Origin: Utricularia gibba
Taxonomy: Eukaryota > Plantae > Magnoliophyta
Reading direction: 5' to 3'
NCBI GenBank assembly: GCA_002189035.1
Contig: NEEC01000004.1
Location: 682,001 to 746,000 of the forward strand
Length of the DNA stretch: 64,000 bases
The position numbers were made by a program, and so were the translations under genes. Shown piece by piece: positions 50,776 to 62,515 of the stretch (within the stretch, counting starts at the first letter, position 1; the number at the start of each line of letters is the position of its first letter). The notes beneath the pieces were generated by a model, which worked only from the letters and a program-made list of their open reading frames with translations, searched no databases and was not told the DNA's origin.

Positions 50776-53526
50776 ATGCGGTTTTTGGGTTTGTTGGGCA
50801 TATTGCTTCTTGGGTTGCGACTTGTGATTTCGCAGGTTGCGAACGATCAGGAGATACTGCTAGCGATTCGGGAGGAATTTAAGGTTCCTGGGTGGGGTGG
50901 AAACAGTTCAGATTATTGCGCTTGGTCCGGCATTTCTTGTAATGGCTCTTCACTCGTTGAGAGGCTTGACCTTTCTAAGCTTAGATTGCAAGGTAACCTT
51001 ACTCTGTTTTACCAACTTAAATCACTCAAATGGCTTGATCTTTCTTTCAACAACTTTCACGGGAGTATTGCTACTGCTTTCGGAGATCTGTCTGCGCTTG
51101 AGTTTCTGGATTTATCATTCAATAAGTTGGATGGGGAGATCCCCGTTGGGTTGGGTAAGCTTAAAAATCTCAGAGCCTTGAATCTTTCTGGAAACTTTCT
51201 TGTGGGGGTGATGCCAGATGAATTGGAAGGTTTGCAGAAGTTGCAGGATTTGCAAGTGTTTGCAAATAGGTTGACTGGTTCCATCCCGTTGTGGGTTGGT
51301 AATTTAACCCATCTGCGTATATTTACAGCCTACGAGAATAAGTTGAGTGGTGCCATTCCTGAAAAGTTGGGGTCTGTCTCCCAACTTGAAGTCCTGAATC
51401 TTCACTCTAATCAACTAGAGGGACCGATCCCTGAAAACATCTTTGCTCTGGAGAAGCTTGAAACGTTGGTTCTAACACAGAATCGACTAACGGGATACAT
51501 TCCCAGATCGATTGGGAACTGTAGGCAACTTTCGAGCATCAGAATTGGTCATAATAATTTGATAGGAAGTGTTCCTATTGAAATTGGCAGTGTTAGCAGC
51601 CTCACCTACTTTGAAGCAAACAACAACAATCTTTCTGGGGAGATTGTGCCTGCTTTTTCAAGATGCTCCAATCTCACTCTCTTGAATTTAGCCTCGAATG
51701 GGTTCACTGGATCGGTTCCATTGGAGTTCAGTTTACTGTCTAATTTACAGGAGCTCATTGTATATGAGAACAGTTTGTCTGGGGACATCCCTACATCAGT
51801 TCTCAAGGTGAAGAATTTGAACAAGCTTGATTTAAGCCATAACAGGTTTAGTGGTACTATTCCGAGGAGCATTTGCAGCGCATCCAGGCTGCAGTTCTTG
51901 TTGCTTGGTCACAATTGCATCTCTGGGGAGATCCCATATGAGATTGGAAACTGCACAAAACTACTTGAGTTGCATCTTGGTAGTAACCGCCTAAGTGGAA
52001 GTATTCCTCCTGAGATTGGTCATATAAGGAACTTGCAGATTTCTCTGAATTTGAGCTTCAATCATCTCCAAGGCCAACTACCTGAAGAGCTGGGGAGATT
52101 AGACAAGTTGGTTTATTTAGATGTTTCCAATAATCAGCTCAGTGGCAGCATTCCATCTGCATTAAAAGGCATGCTCAGTTTAATAGAGGTGAATTTCTCA
52201 AATAATCACTTATCTGGCCCTATACCATCCTTTTCACCGTTTCAAAAGAGCTCCAGTTCAAACTTTCTTGGAAACAGGGGGCTCTGTGGGGAGCCTTTAA
52301 GCATTTCTTGTGGAGGCTTGGGTTATCCTTCCGGTGATGATTCTTACTATCACAAGGGTTCTTACCGCGTCACATTAGCTGTTATAGGTACTGGTTTGGC
52401 TGTTTTTGCGTCTGTGGCTGTGATTGTTTTGCTCTTCATGATGAGGGAGAAACGAGAAGCAGCCACAAAAGATGTGGCTGCTGTTGCTAGTGTTGACACT
52501 ACTAACAATCCAGTGATTTTAGCAGGAGATGTGTTCAGTGAAAACCTCAGGCAAGCTATAGACTTCGAAGCTGTTCATAAAGCAATACTGAAAGAAACGA
52601 ATTTGGTCAGCAGCGGCACATTCAGCCTTGTTTACAAAGCTGAGATGCCTTCTGGGGTGGTCGTATCTGTTAGGAAACTCGTATCAATGGATAAATCCAT
52701 ACTCAGTCACCGGAACAAGATGGCTAGAGAGGTAGAAAAGTTGAGCAAGCTCACGCATGGTAACTTATTGCGGCCAATTGGGTATGTTTTTTCTGAGGAC
52801 GGCGTGTTCGTGTTGCATGAGCATTTTTCAAATGGAACACTTGCAAACTTTCTTCATGATTCGCCAAAGAAGCCGGAATACAAGCCTGATTGGCCAACCA
52901 GGCTCTCCATTGCCATTGGAGTAGCACAAGGAATGGCCTTTCTCCACCATGTAAGCATCATTCACCTGGATATTTCCTCTGGGAACGTTGTTTTAGATTC
53001 AACCTTGAATCCCTTGGTAAGCCAAGTTGAAATCTCGAGGCTTCTGGATCCATCGAGGGGCACAGCAAGCATCAGTGCTGTAGCTGGTTCCTTTGGCTAC
53101 ATCCCACCAGGTAGATCTTCCTCTGGCCTGCATTCCTATCACCCTTTGCATAATGATGTGCTTCACTAACATCCCGTTCCGCCTCGTTCTTTGTCGACAG
53201 AATATGCATACACGATGCAAGTTACGGCGCCGGGCAACGTCTACAGCTACGGTGTCATTTTGCTGGAGCTACTAACTTCACAGCTACCAGTTGATGAAGC
53301 TTTTGGTGAAGGGGTCGACCTGGTGAAATGGGTTCAGAGTGCTCCATCCAGAGGGGAAACTCCTGAGCAGATACTTGATCCAGGGCTAAGCACCCACTCG
53401 TTTTCATGGAGGAAAGAGATGCTTTCTGCCCTTAAAGTTGCATTGCTCTGCACTGATCGGATACCAGCTAAAAGACCCAAAATGACGAAGGTCGTGGAAA
53501 TGCTTCAGGAAATCAAGCAAAATTAG
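50776..53526 (+). CDS. PXC3: LRR receptor-like kinase PXC3 type (exons 50776-53110, 53201-53526)
   Basis: Signal peptide, Cys-pair cap (DYCAWSGISC), many LRRs, GNRGLCG, TM VTLAVIGTGLAVFASVAVIVLLFMM, kinase IIHLDISSGNV, EISRLLDPSRGTASISAVAGSFGYIPP|EYAYTMQVTAPGNVYSYGV. Confidence 0.93.
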
Positions 53527-53644
53527 TTGGAAATCTGCATCTCTATCTTGTACAGCTCCCTTTACTGATCCCCGGCCAAACCTGCTTACCTTCCGAGCCT
53601 GAAACTTGAAAGCTCAGGACCCGACCCGCACTCGCAGATGGTGC

Positions 53645-53717
53645 TGGTTCTCTTTTAAAAGTGGCATCATCTGGAGCAAGGAAAAGTGTAGACTTGGCCT
53701 TGGTTCTCTTTTAAAAG
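53645..53717. repeat. 17-bp direct repeat tggttctcttttaaaag
   Basis: Exact copies at 53645-53661 and 53701-53717. Confidence 0.85.
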
Positions 53718-53789
53718 ATGTCTGCCACCCATCCACCCACCCATCCCCTGTTCGGTTGAGGTCGAAACGTCGTCGTTTCATTTTGATTG

Positions 53790-53966
53790 TGAGCCCAGCA
53801 CAGACTGGCGTCGAAGTACAATAGCCCGTGGGGCGTAAAGAAATGGGCCCATGATGTGTGCTAGTTGGCGCGTCGGCCCATTCCATTAATGGGAATGGGG
53901 CTGTAGTGGGCCCACCACTGTGATCTGACCGCTTGTACGGGCTTTTAAACGCATTAATGGGAATGG
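53790..53966. promoter_or_regulatory. Dense site II/TCP-type motif cluster upstream of the guanylate kinase remnant
   Basis: AGCCCA, TGGGCCCA, GGCCCA, GTGGGCCCACC and a 15-bp repeat cattaatgggaatgg (53884 and 53952) within about 180 bp. Confidence 0.5.
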
Positions 53967-54075
53967 TGGTGAATGTTGGCATAGTACGGCCAACACATTA
54001 AGAAGATGAAGATGATCTCTGTTCCCGTGATTCAGTATGCAATGGGCTCAAAGGAGAGTGATTTCGTTTCCGCAG

Positions 54076-55234
54076 GGTCGGCTTCACATTCACAAGAAAT
54101 CTACAAACGAATGGTAATGAATAGACCACTGAACCTTCCATAATCAAGTTGAGTTGGTGAGGGGGAGTATTCACCTGTGTTCTGGGGTGAGTCCCACTGT
54201 TTTATGATTAAGTCTTCAGCTATCTGATGGCTACTCTGCTATTGCCGTGGATGAAAGTCGAGTCCTTTTCATCGCGGGGGTTTTCACCTGCCGGTTGCTT
54301 TTGGTTTCTTGGGGTTGTTCTAAACTTAAGTTATGCAGACACTGTTGTATCTGTCTGTTCCTTTGCATGATAAGAGGCAATCTTGATCCATGTCTCAGAC
54401 TGATACACCATTGCTCTCAACCAAAGTTTGCAGCTGTTCCGGCATTGTCTATGGGACCACTGTAGAGGCGGTTGAGGGTGTCACTGATCATGGATCCCCA
54501 CTCAGCATTTTAATGGTACCAACATCTTGCCTTTTCTAGGAAAATGCATGTTTTCAAAGCCGTTGAGGGAATACTTTGTTAGTCACCAGATGAAAAAATG
54601 CAAGGTTTTTGTATGCTTTCCTGTAGAGATGCATCCTTGACATTGATGTTCAAGGGGAAAGATCCTCGTTACTCACAGTAAACCAATGGTCTGCAGAGGA
54701 ACCGCAACAGAGCAGCATGTTCAGAAAAGACTTCAGCATGCCAAGACAAGCTTGATCAGGAAAAATCACCTGGGTTTCATATCACATTTTAGTCAATGAC
54801 AACCTTGAAAAATGCTATGAAGAACTTAAGGTGATTTGTGAATGCCAGATTTCAATCTCAGACACTGTCATAGTCCTGGTTGGACTCTCTCGTTTCCTGC
54901 AGACAATCCTAAAGCCTAACAGACCTTCAGGTTAATCTGATCCTTGGTCATCCAATCCCCTTGGCACATTTTCTCACTTGCATTCTAAATGTATGTCAAA
55001 TTCTTTCTGGAACTCAGCACCGGCGCCATCTCTATACATTCCATCTGGGCATACGGTTCAGAAAGATGGCCAGATGATTTTGATGAAGTGCTCTGCCTCC
55101 GGAAGGGAGAACATGTATGCCATCTCATCTCAGCAACTCTTTCTTGCAGGCTTTTTCTCGATTTATCTTCCATGAGCGGCGGAGCTGCATGCCGAACTAC
55201 TGGTATGGTCTTCATCCGCCCCCAGCGGTTTTAA
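54076..55234 (+). pseudogene. Cytosolic guanylate kinase (GK-1/GK-2 type) pseudogene with internal deletions
   Basis: Ordered fragments: DGYSAIAVDESRVLFI..CFWFLG (54226-54313), TDTP, FAAV..GIVYGTTVEAVEGVTDHG (about 54427-54495), RCILDIDVQG (54627-54656), GTATEQHVQKRLQHAK (54698-), HILVNDNLEKCYEELK| (54783-54830), C-terminal LFLDLSSMSGGAACRTTG. Several frameshifts; no GPSGVGKGT P-loop. Confidence 0.88.
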
Positions 55235-55693
55235 CTTATCAGAGTAGTCCTTAACATGCTCTGAAGTTCATTGTTACTTCCTTTCATTTCATACCCAGGA
55301 CACCCTGTTTTCGAGTTTTATGATTAATGTTATGATATGGAGGAATGAAAATAGGAACATACCATAAGTGAAAACAGAATAATACACTTTGGTTCTTCCT
55401 TCTATGACAGGTAGCTGACTCTGAGGCAAAAAAGTCTCACCGAGTCAACAATAAACAGCCGACGACTATTCTTTGTTTGCAACGAGAACAACACTGCATG
55501 GGAAGAAAACTCCCATGGGGCGTCTACCTAACAAGAAGAGAAAACTCTTAAGAGCCGAACACGAAAGGGGGACCGGTGAAGTGTTTAAAAAGCCGCCCTG
55601 GAAGCATATATTGATGTGGCTGCTCCGTTGATCTTCAACGCCAAGTATTGCATCGGCGTTCTTCGTGTTTAAGGCCGGAGACACTTCTCCCCA

Positions 55694-55900
55694 ATGTTCA
55701 ATCTGTTACTCGCCGTAGGACTCTGGGCGGCGCCAGCCACCCTATACTTCCCGCCGGTACGCTGTATCTGCTACGTCGTGGAGGCGATGGAGCTTTTGAT
55801 TTCCGACGGGATTCTGTGTGCTGTCGCAGTCCACGCTCATCTTCCATGGCTCAACTTATTCCGACGGAGGCGCATCACCGCCGGACGGTGGGACGCTTGA
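55694..55900 (+). CDS. Possible small hydrophobic ORF (68 aa), unknown function
   Basis: GC-rich island in AT-rich surroundings; MFNLLLAVGLWAAPATLYFPPVRCICYVVEAMELLISDG... No family could be named. Confidence 0.3.
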   Translation: MFNLLLAVGLWAAPATLYFPPVRCICYVVEAMELLISDGILCAVAVHAHLPWLNLFRRRRITAGRWDA

Positions 55901-56337
55901 TGCTAATTCATTTCTTCAGTCGTCCTATGGAACTGTTTATTCGTTGTAGTAGTCATTTGCTATTTTCATGGCCTTGTTCTTCCAAAAGGAGAAACACTCA
56001 CTTCATGTATTCCATTGGAATCCCATGATGATCATCAAAGGAGCATGCTATGTATCTTGTTCTACTTTAATCAAGTTATTACTGTTCATTCAACTGTAAC
56101 AGAGACAGTAGTATATTCTCTTTTGCTTCTCAAAAGCACATCCATGGTGGCCTTCGAGACAGATCCACATAACATAGAGTAAAACACGAGTTCCCATCAA
56201 ATGTAGAATATGAGCACGCTGGTAAAGTTGCACATAAAAGAGCTAATATACGTGTGTACAAAGAAGAAGAACCTGGTACTTCAAAAGAGTCATCATGTTT
56301 GTGTGTGTGGATTTGGAAGCAGACAGCAAGAGAATAA

Positions 56338-57005
56338 TCATGGCCCATCATCGCCGTCTCCAATCAAGTTGCAGATATCAGAACATTCAGACAAGCTACA
56401 AGTTTTTTGTGTATGAAAGACAACAGAGACGAAGAGTGTCAAGCAAGATTTATGTCGTTAGCTGGACCCAAAGTAGAAGATGAGGATAACCTACCAGTAT
56501 TTTCTACTGCGGAACCCATCCTTGAAAACAACAAGAGGCCTGTAGATATGAAGACTTGTAAATATGATGAAAATCACTAGCATCACCAAATCTAGCAGCT
56601 TCTACAAATCACCACATACACCAACAATGAAGAAACGGCACAAAATTTCATTGGCATTTACTTTCTGATATTCAGAGGACCTTCACCAGGAGACCCAAAG
56701 CCACCCTGAATGCAAGTGCCAACACATTTACTGGTACAAGTCTCAGCTTTCCGTGATCTGGGCTTCTGGATTCTGTACGCTTTCCTGCAATCTTTCTGCT
56801 CCGAAGTGCAGACGGAGGACAATGTCTGGGGGATGTTCGACAGCGTCTCCTCCGGGAGCTGTGGCGTCTCCTGTTGAATGGCGCTAGCTGATAACACCAG
56901 CGCGGCTGTTGCAGCCACCACAGCTGCAGCTATTTGGTGGGACGAACAGAGAAAGCTGGACGGTTTCTTGGCTAGTTCCGTTTTGCATCCAATGGGGCAT
57001 AACAT
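56338..57005 (-). CDS. Conserved uncharacterised Cys-rich plant protein, probably plastid/lumen-targeted (exons 56662-57005, 56495-56539, 56338-56395)
   Basis: Transit-like N-terminus and AAAVVAATAALVLSASA hydrophobic stretch, then ETLSNIPQTLS..C....C....IQKPRSRKAETCTSKCVGTCIQGGFGSPGEGPLNIR|KPLVVFKDGFRSRKYC|LSECSDICNLIGDGDDGP*. All junctions are in frame. Confidence 0.85.
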
Positions 57006-57377
57006 CGAACACCTGGGATGAACCGTGCAATGAAAAAGCATCATGTATGAGGATCTTCTACTTAGATGATCCGCAGCATTTTGTTATCTCCCAGATTCCC
57101 ACCCAGTTTTCTTATCCATTCATTCACTAGTCAGTATTCACAGAATCGAATTGGGCCGAACAAATAAAGGCCCAACATTACAGTAAATCCACACTTCCAT
57201 TAATGGTTAGCATGATAATCCAAATTAATTAATTGACAAAATTAGGCATCCCTAGTTCCCCTTTTTCCTCTAAATGAATAAATACCTTTTATTCAAAAAG
57301 CCCAAAATTCAAAGAACATTCATTCATTCCCTAGCCGCATGCCATAACGCACACGGCTGTGCAGGCTGGCCAGCTAC

Positions 57378-57393
57378 TTTAGGGTTTAGGTTT
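57378..57393. promoter_or_regulatory. Telo-box / degenerate telomeric repeat TTTAGGG-TTTAGG-TTT
   Basis: Read directly; lies in the divergent intergenic region between the Cys-rich gene and the NEK gene. Confidence 0.45.
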
Positions 57394-58645
57394 GTTGTTA
57401 TGTTGTATTAATTTACTGAAAAAATTCTGTTAACTTTTTTAAAATTATAATTTTTAATCATTTTGTAATAAGAATAATCATTTGTATAGTGGATTAAATC
57501 AGATTCAATAAGTTTAAATTATATTTTAAAAAAATTTAAAAAATAAAATTATTATTTAAATGATTTGAACTAATTCTTCAATTTTTTCGTGGATTGGGAT
57601 TAAATCTGATCTTATCGCAAATTAAGCATGATTTTAAGACATTGATTCCCTCTTAATTATTTCCGTATAATCAGTTGATGGACAGGCGACCGGGCCCCAC
57701 CGAATTCATGGGATGTCCTAACTCTATTTGCTTAATTATCCTAACTTAAATTAATTATGATTAATCCGGTGGTCATCATGCAATTAGTAGTTGGGAATAT
57801 GGGAGTGGATATTATTTATCATGGACACACCCTTCCTTCCAAGTGTGTTTTGAGACCAATCGCATTCGACAGAGTTGTTGCTTTCTTCATGATCTAATCA
57901 CTGTCTCAATCAATGGATTTTTTTTGGATTGCTTGGTGAAAGTTGCAATCTTTGGTTAAAAACTGGATCGTAGTTCTGCAAATTTGGTTACTTTTTTTAA
58001 GAAAATCTTGCTTTGCATATGGGTTTGCATTTTGGGACTTGCAGGAAAATTATTACTGTGGGTATTGATGGAGGCGCGTCTTTTGATCGGCGACGCCGAG
58101 GAACGGTCAGGGTTGGGTCTCAGACGGCCGGTAAATGCTGTTACAACTTGCAGGCCTACGTCTCCATTGCATTAATGAAAGAGATTGGACTGGACTGTTT
58201 TCCTTCACAGACACGGAGTGGCTTAGAAAGAAAGAACTCCCTCCCGTCTCTTCCGACATGGAAATTAGCATTAACCAAGCTGCTTCCCTTGAATAAAAAT
58301 TCTGGGTTTTCTTCTTCAAGTCATTATCTTCATCGAGGAAACCCCGTCAGCTACCTTTTTTCTTTTAACTTCTTGCTCCTAAGCGCATGCACCCTCGCCG
58401 GAGGCAAAGATTCTTAGTTTCATAGATTTTCCGTACTCCTCCTATTCTGGTTGAAGAGTGATGTTGTAACATTCAAGGGCGTGTGAGGGTTTTATTTTTA
58501 GTTTTGTTTGCCGTTGGGGCTTTGATTTCTTTTTCCTTGGAGTAACTTGTACAACAGGCGCCCGGAAACGTGAGTGATGGACTAATCTTGCTGAAAGATA
58601 ATTTTTTTATTGTGAAAATTCATCTATTTTCTTTATGGCAGCCCG

Positions 58646-61600
58646 ATGGATACAGAAAACGGGGATCCTGGTTCGAAGTTGGGAGACTATGAAGTGATAG
58701 AGCCTATTGAGAGCGGTTCTTTTGCTGCTAAGTTTCTTGTTCTCCACAAGACTGAAAATAGAAGGTAAGAAGCGGCGCCTTAGTTGTTATCTTTCGTGAT
58801 TATGTGCTTAAAGGGTGTTTAGCCAAGACGCATGACTCTACAAGGTTTCTAATTGATAGCGTTCGCCACAGAAATTTTGAGGGAATATAGATTACATTCA
58901 AGCAAGGAGTCCTTTCAACTGTTTAATGCTTTCTACATTATAAGCAAGAAAAATAGGTTCCTAGGAGTAATGTTCTTACATTATCACGTGCAGGTATATG
59001 TTAAAGAAAATTAGCCTCTCCAAGCAAACTGATAAAGTCAAGCGCACAGCTCATCAAGAGGTTGGTTCTACCATATCTTTTGTTATTTTGCACGGATGGT
59101 ATAAGACCATTGTGATGGTAGCATGATGCATGGTCATTACTTTGGCTGGAAATGAATCAAATAATACTTGAGTGTTATTGAACCGGTTTTGGATGACTTT
59201 TAGCTTCACTGCAATGCTGTGGCCCTTTTCACAGGTTGATTTAATCACAAAACTGAGGCATCCGTATATCGTTGAATTTAGAGATGCCTGGGTTGATGCG
59301 GTATTGTGCTATCTCCTAAACCTTTAAAGTCCAGTCCCTTTTTCTGGAAAATTTTGATGTTTGGCAGGTGTTGCATAGATTGTGAATATAATGCTAAAGG
59401 GGGCTTGTTTGATTTGGACTCTTTTGTAGGATAACCACGTATACATCATCACAAACTATTGTGAGCGTGGAGATATGTAAGGACTTTTGTTTATTAGCTA
59501 AAGATGGGATGGAATCTTATAGAATCTTCTTCATATTGTATCTTCTCATTTTCATTTTCGCAGGTATGAGATAATGAGGAGGGCAAAGGGATCATATTTC
59601 CCTGAGGAGGTAATTCAGTTGTTCTGAAACCAAGTTTTGTACTTCTTCATGTTTTGTAACCCACCGTCTACGTGAATGCCTTAACATTTCCCAGGTGGTT
59701 TGCAAGTGGCTGACGCAGATGCTACTAGCTGTTGACTATCTTCATTCAAACCGTGTTCATCATAGGAACTTGAAGGTTTTGATCTCTGATTGGCAAGGGC
59801 TAGCGTTCTCTTGTGTTGACGTAGTTTTCTCTAAATTGTTGTCTTCCCGTTTTGCAGCTGTCTAACATATTTGTCACAAAGGAAAACGATATCCAGATTG
59901 GTAAGAAAAAGAGGAAAAATTTTCAAAAGAGATTTTTCAGTCCTTCATCTGGTATATCAGGTCTCTTGGTTGCATGAACTGCAGGGGATGTTGCATTATC
60001 AAGGCTTCTTGATGAGGAAGGATTCCCTTCTTCGGTATGAAAAGATGCTTCTTCTTGGAGCTGATATTATCTCATCCTTCTTAAACTGAAGATCAATGAC
60101 TCAATGCAGGTCCACTATTTGATGCCTGAGCTGATTGCTGGTGCTCCATACAGCTACAAATCAGACATATGGTCTCTAGGTAATAATCCTTCAGTTCATG
60201 ATAGCCATGATTCTATATACTCCCAACACTTCTTTTTGTTTTTTTCGTTCTTTGCAGGTTGTTGCATCTTTGAGATTGCTGCACGCCAACAAGCTTTCAA
60301 AGCATCTGTAAGTCAAATATTCATTTCATCTGGTTTTGATCCTTCAAATATGCAGTGTCTGTTCATCCATGGTGCCGAAAAGTGAAAGTGAACCCTGAAA
60401 TGTAACATTAACAGGACATGACTGGCCTCATCGACAAGATAAACAGATCCGTGATTTCTCCACTCCCAATCATATACTCTGCTAATCTGTAAGTGTCGTT
60501 TCTGTTGATCTTGACACATAAAATCCTAATGTTTGTGGTGTTTGAAAAGAAATCAGAGAAAGTTTCCTGAAGTAGCATACTGGTCTTTGTAAACACAGGA
60601 AACAGATCATTAAGAGCATGCTAAGGAAGAGCCCGGAACACAGGCCAAGTGTGAGTGTTTCTCCACTTTCAGCATATTCATCTCTGTTTCTCTAGAAGAG
60701 CTGAATCTTGGTTTTCATTTACAGGCTGCAGAGCTGTTAAGGCAGCCCCATTTGCAGCCTTTCCTTCTCCATTGTCGTGATCCATCTCCCACCTTCCTTC
60801 CGGTGAAATCCCCTTCCCCGAAAAATGCAAGCGGTAAGAAAGCTAAGACGCCTAGCAGCTCAGGTTCCAAGAACATCCGGCACAGAGAAACAAAACCAAA
60901 GCAGAAAGAGCTGCTTCCATTTTTTGATGAAATCAAGAATATGCAAGTCCCAAGTCTATTGGATCCAGATCTTTCAATAGATGGCATACTGGAGACCAAA
61001 AGAGTCGATCCCACGAGCTATTCCGGCAAGATTTCAACTGACAGTGAGGATTCAAAAAGTGGGGACGCAGTTTTTGAGACTAATACCGAGTACAGAGATG
61101 ATGATAGCAAGGCGTGCTCATCTTCATCCAAGGAAAAAGCTGCACCAGTGAAGGATGTGAAAGCTGAAAAACTTGCAGCATCCGAAGAATGTGAATTTAA
61201 GAACGAAACAGGTCCCAATTTGGAGCAAAGATGTAGCAGCTCTGAGTTCATGGATCATGCAGCCCTTGAAAGGTATACCGGAGAACCTGCTATCAAGTCA
61301 GGTTCCAGTAAAAAGGTGGTGTCTGATAATTCCGGTTCGGTTCTATCCAACGAACTGGCAAATGCTCGGAGCTGTGAGCGGAGCAATGGCGCATCATCAG
61401 GGGTGATCTTTTCAAGCCAAGTCGGCAACGTTGGCCAAACGAGAGCAGATACACATGCAGCCCCAAACCCAAAGGAGAAACATGCCATACCGGCTGAAGT
61501 TCAAGAGACATCCAACTTAGCTTTGCACCCAAGAGTTGCTGCGACAGAGGGAGAGGACAGTGCAAGTAACATCCAGAAACCAGTGCCCCAGAGAGCTGAT

Positions 61601-61771
61601 GCATTAGAATCCTTGCTAGAGTTATGTGCTGACTTGCTGAGACAAGACAAACTTGATGAACTCACTGGAATACTCAAGCCCTTTGGACACGAAATAGTTT
61701 CATCCAGAGAAACAGCCATCTGGCTGACAAAGAGCCTCATGAACGCAAAGAAGATGACCAAAGACTCTTAG
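58646..61771 (+). CDS. NEK7: NIMA-related kinase NEK7-like, predicted pseudokinase, 13 exons
   Basis: [74 protein letters not shown]|[34 protein letters not shown], plant-NEK C-terminal motif [14 protein letters not shown]...[19 protein letters not shown]. All 12 GT-AG junctions keep frame. Confidence 0.9.
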
Positions 61772-62515
61772 ATTTTCTTCATCCTCCCTGTCTGAACAAA
61801 CGTGTGCAGATTATTACCTTGATTTGTTGTTTCTTTTTTCTTTTCCACCTAAAACCTCGTATTACTGCAAATGAAGCATTCTCAGTAGTCGTGTTGAAAG
61901 GTTCAAGACCATGCATGTTAGAAGACTAGAAGTTAGCAGTTCATGGTCATGATTTTTTATCTCTTATTTTCTGCAAAAAAAAAAGAAAAATTATATTCCT
62001 TTGTACGTTATGCGTTAGCTGTTGTCCATAGGCGGCATAAAGTGGGAATCTATCCAATGGAATCTGAGGATCCTACGAGATATTCAACTCGCATTAACTG
62101 AAATATTTTTTGTGCATTAAATTAAAAGAAAAAATATTATGGAATTAACTTTTTTAAAATATTTTTTTAATCAAGAAGTTTCTTTTTTTTGTTTTCGAAA
62201 ATTAGGAGGAATAAAAGAGAGGCAATATAATAATAGAAAGCTTTTAAAGGGGAAAGATTTGCGGGGGCTTTCTCTCTGATTGGGCGAAAAAAAGGTAAAG
62301 GGGGCTCTGGTTGAATGATCCAATCCTGTGTCTCGACCGCAGTCGTCCGTCAAACCTAGATTTCGTGTGTGGATCCTCATCTGCTCCGCCATACACTCGT
62401 CGCGAACTGGACTTCTCCGATATCTATGTATTGGGCGACAGTGCGATTTAGGGTTTCTTTTCGTCTCTGTTTTATTCCTCGGCGCGGGTTGATTTAGTCG
62501 CCCGACTCTGTGCCG

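Noticed and set aside
52921-53110. PXC3 as a newly degenerated kinase (HLD, no DFG)
   Set aside because: From memory these atypical motifs are a family-wide trait of PXC3-type receptors, so they are not specific to this locus.
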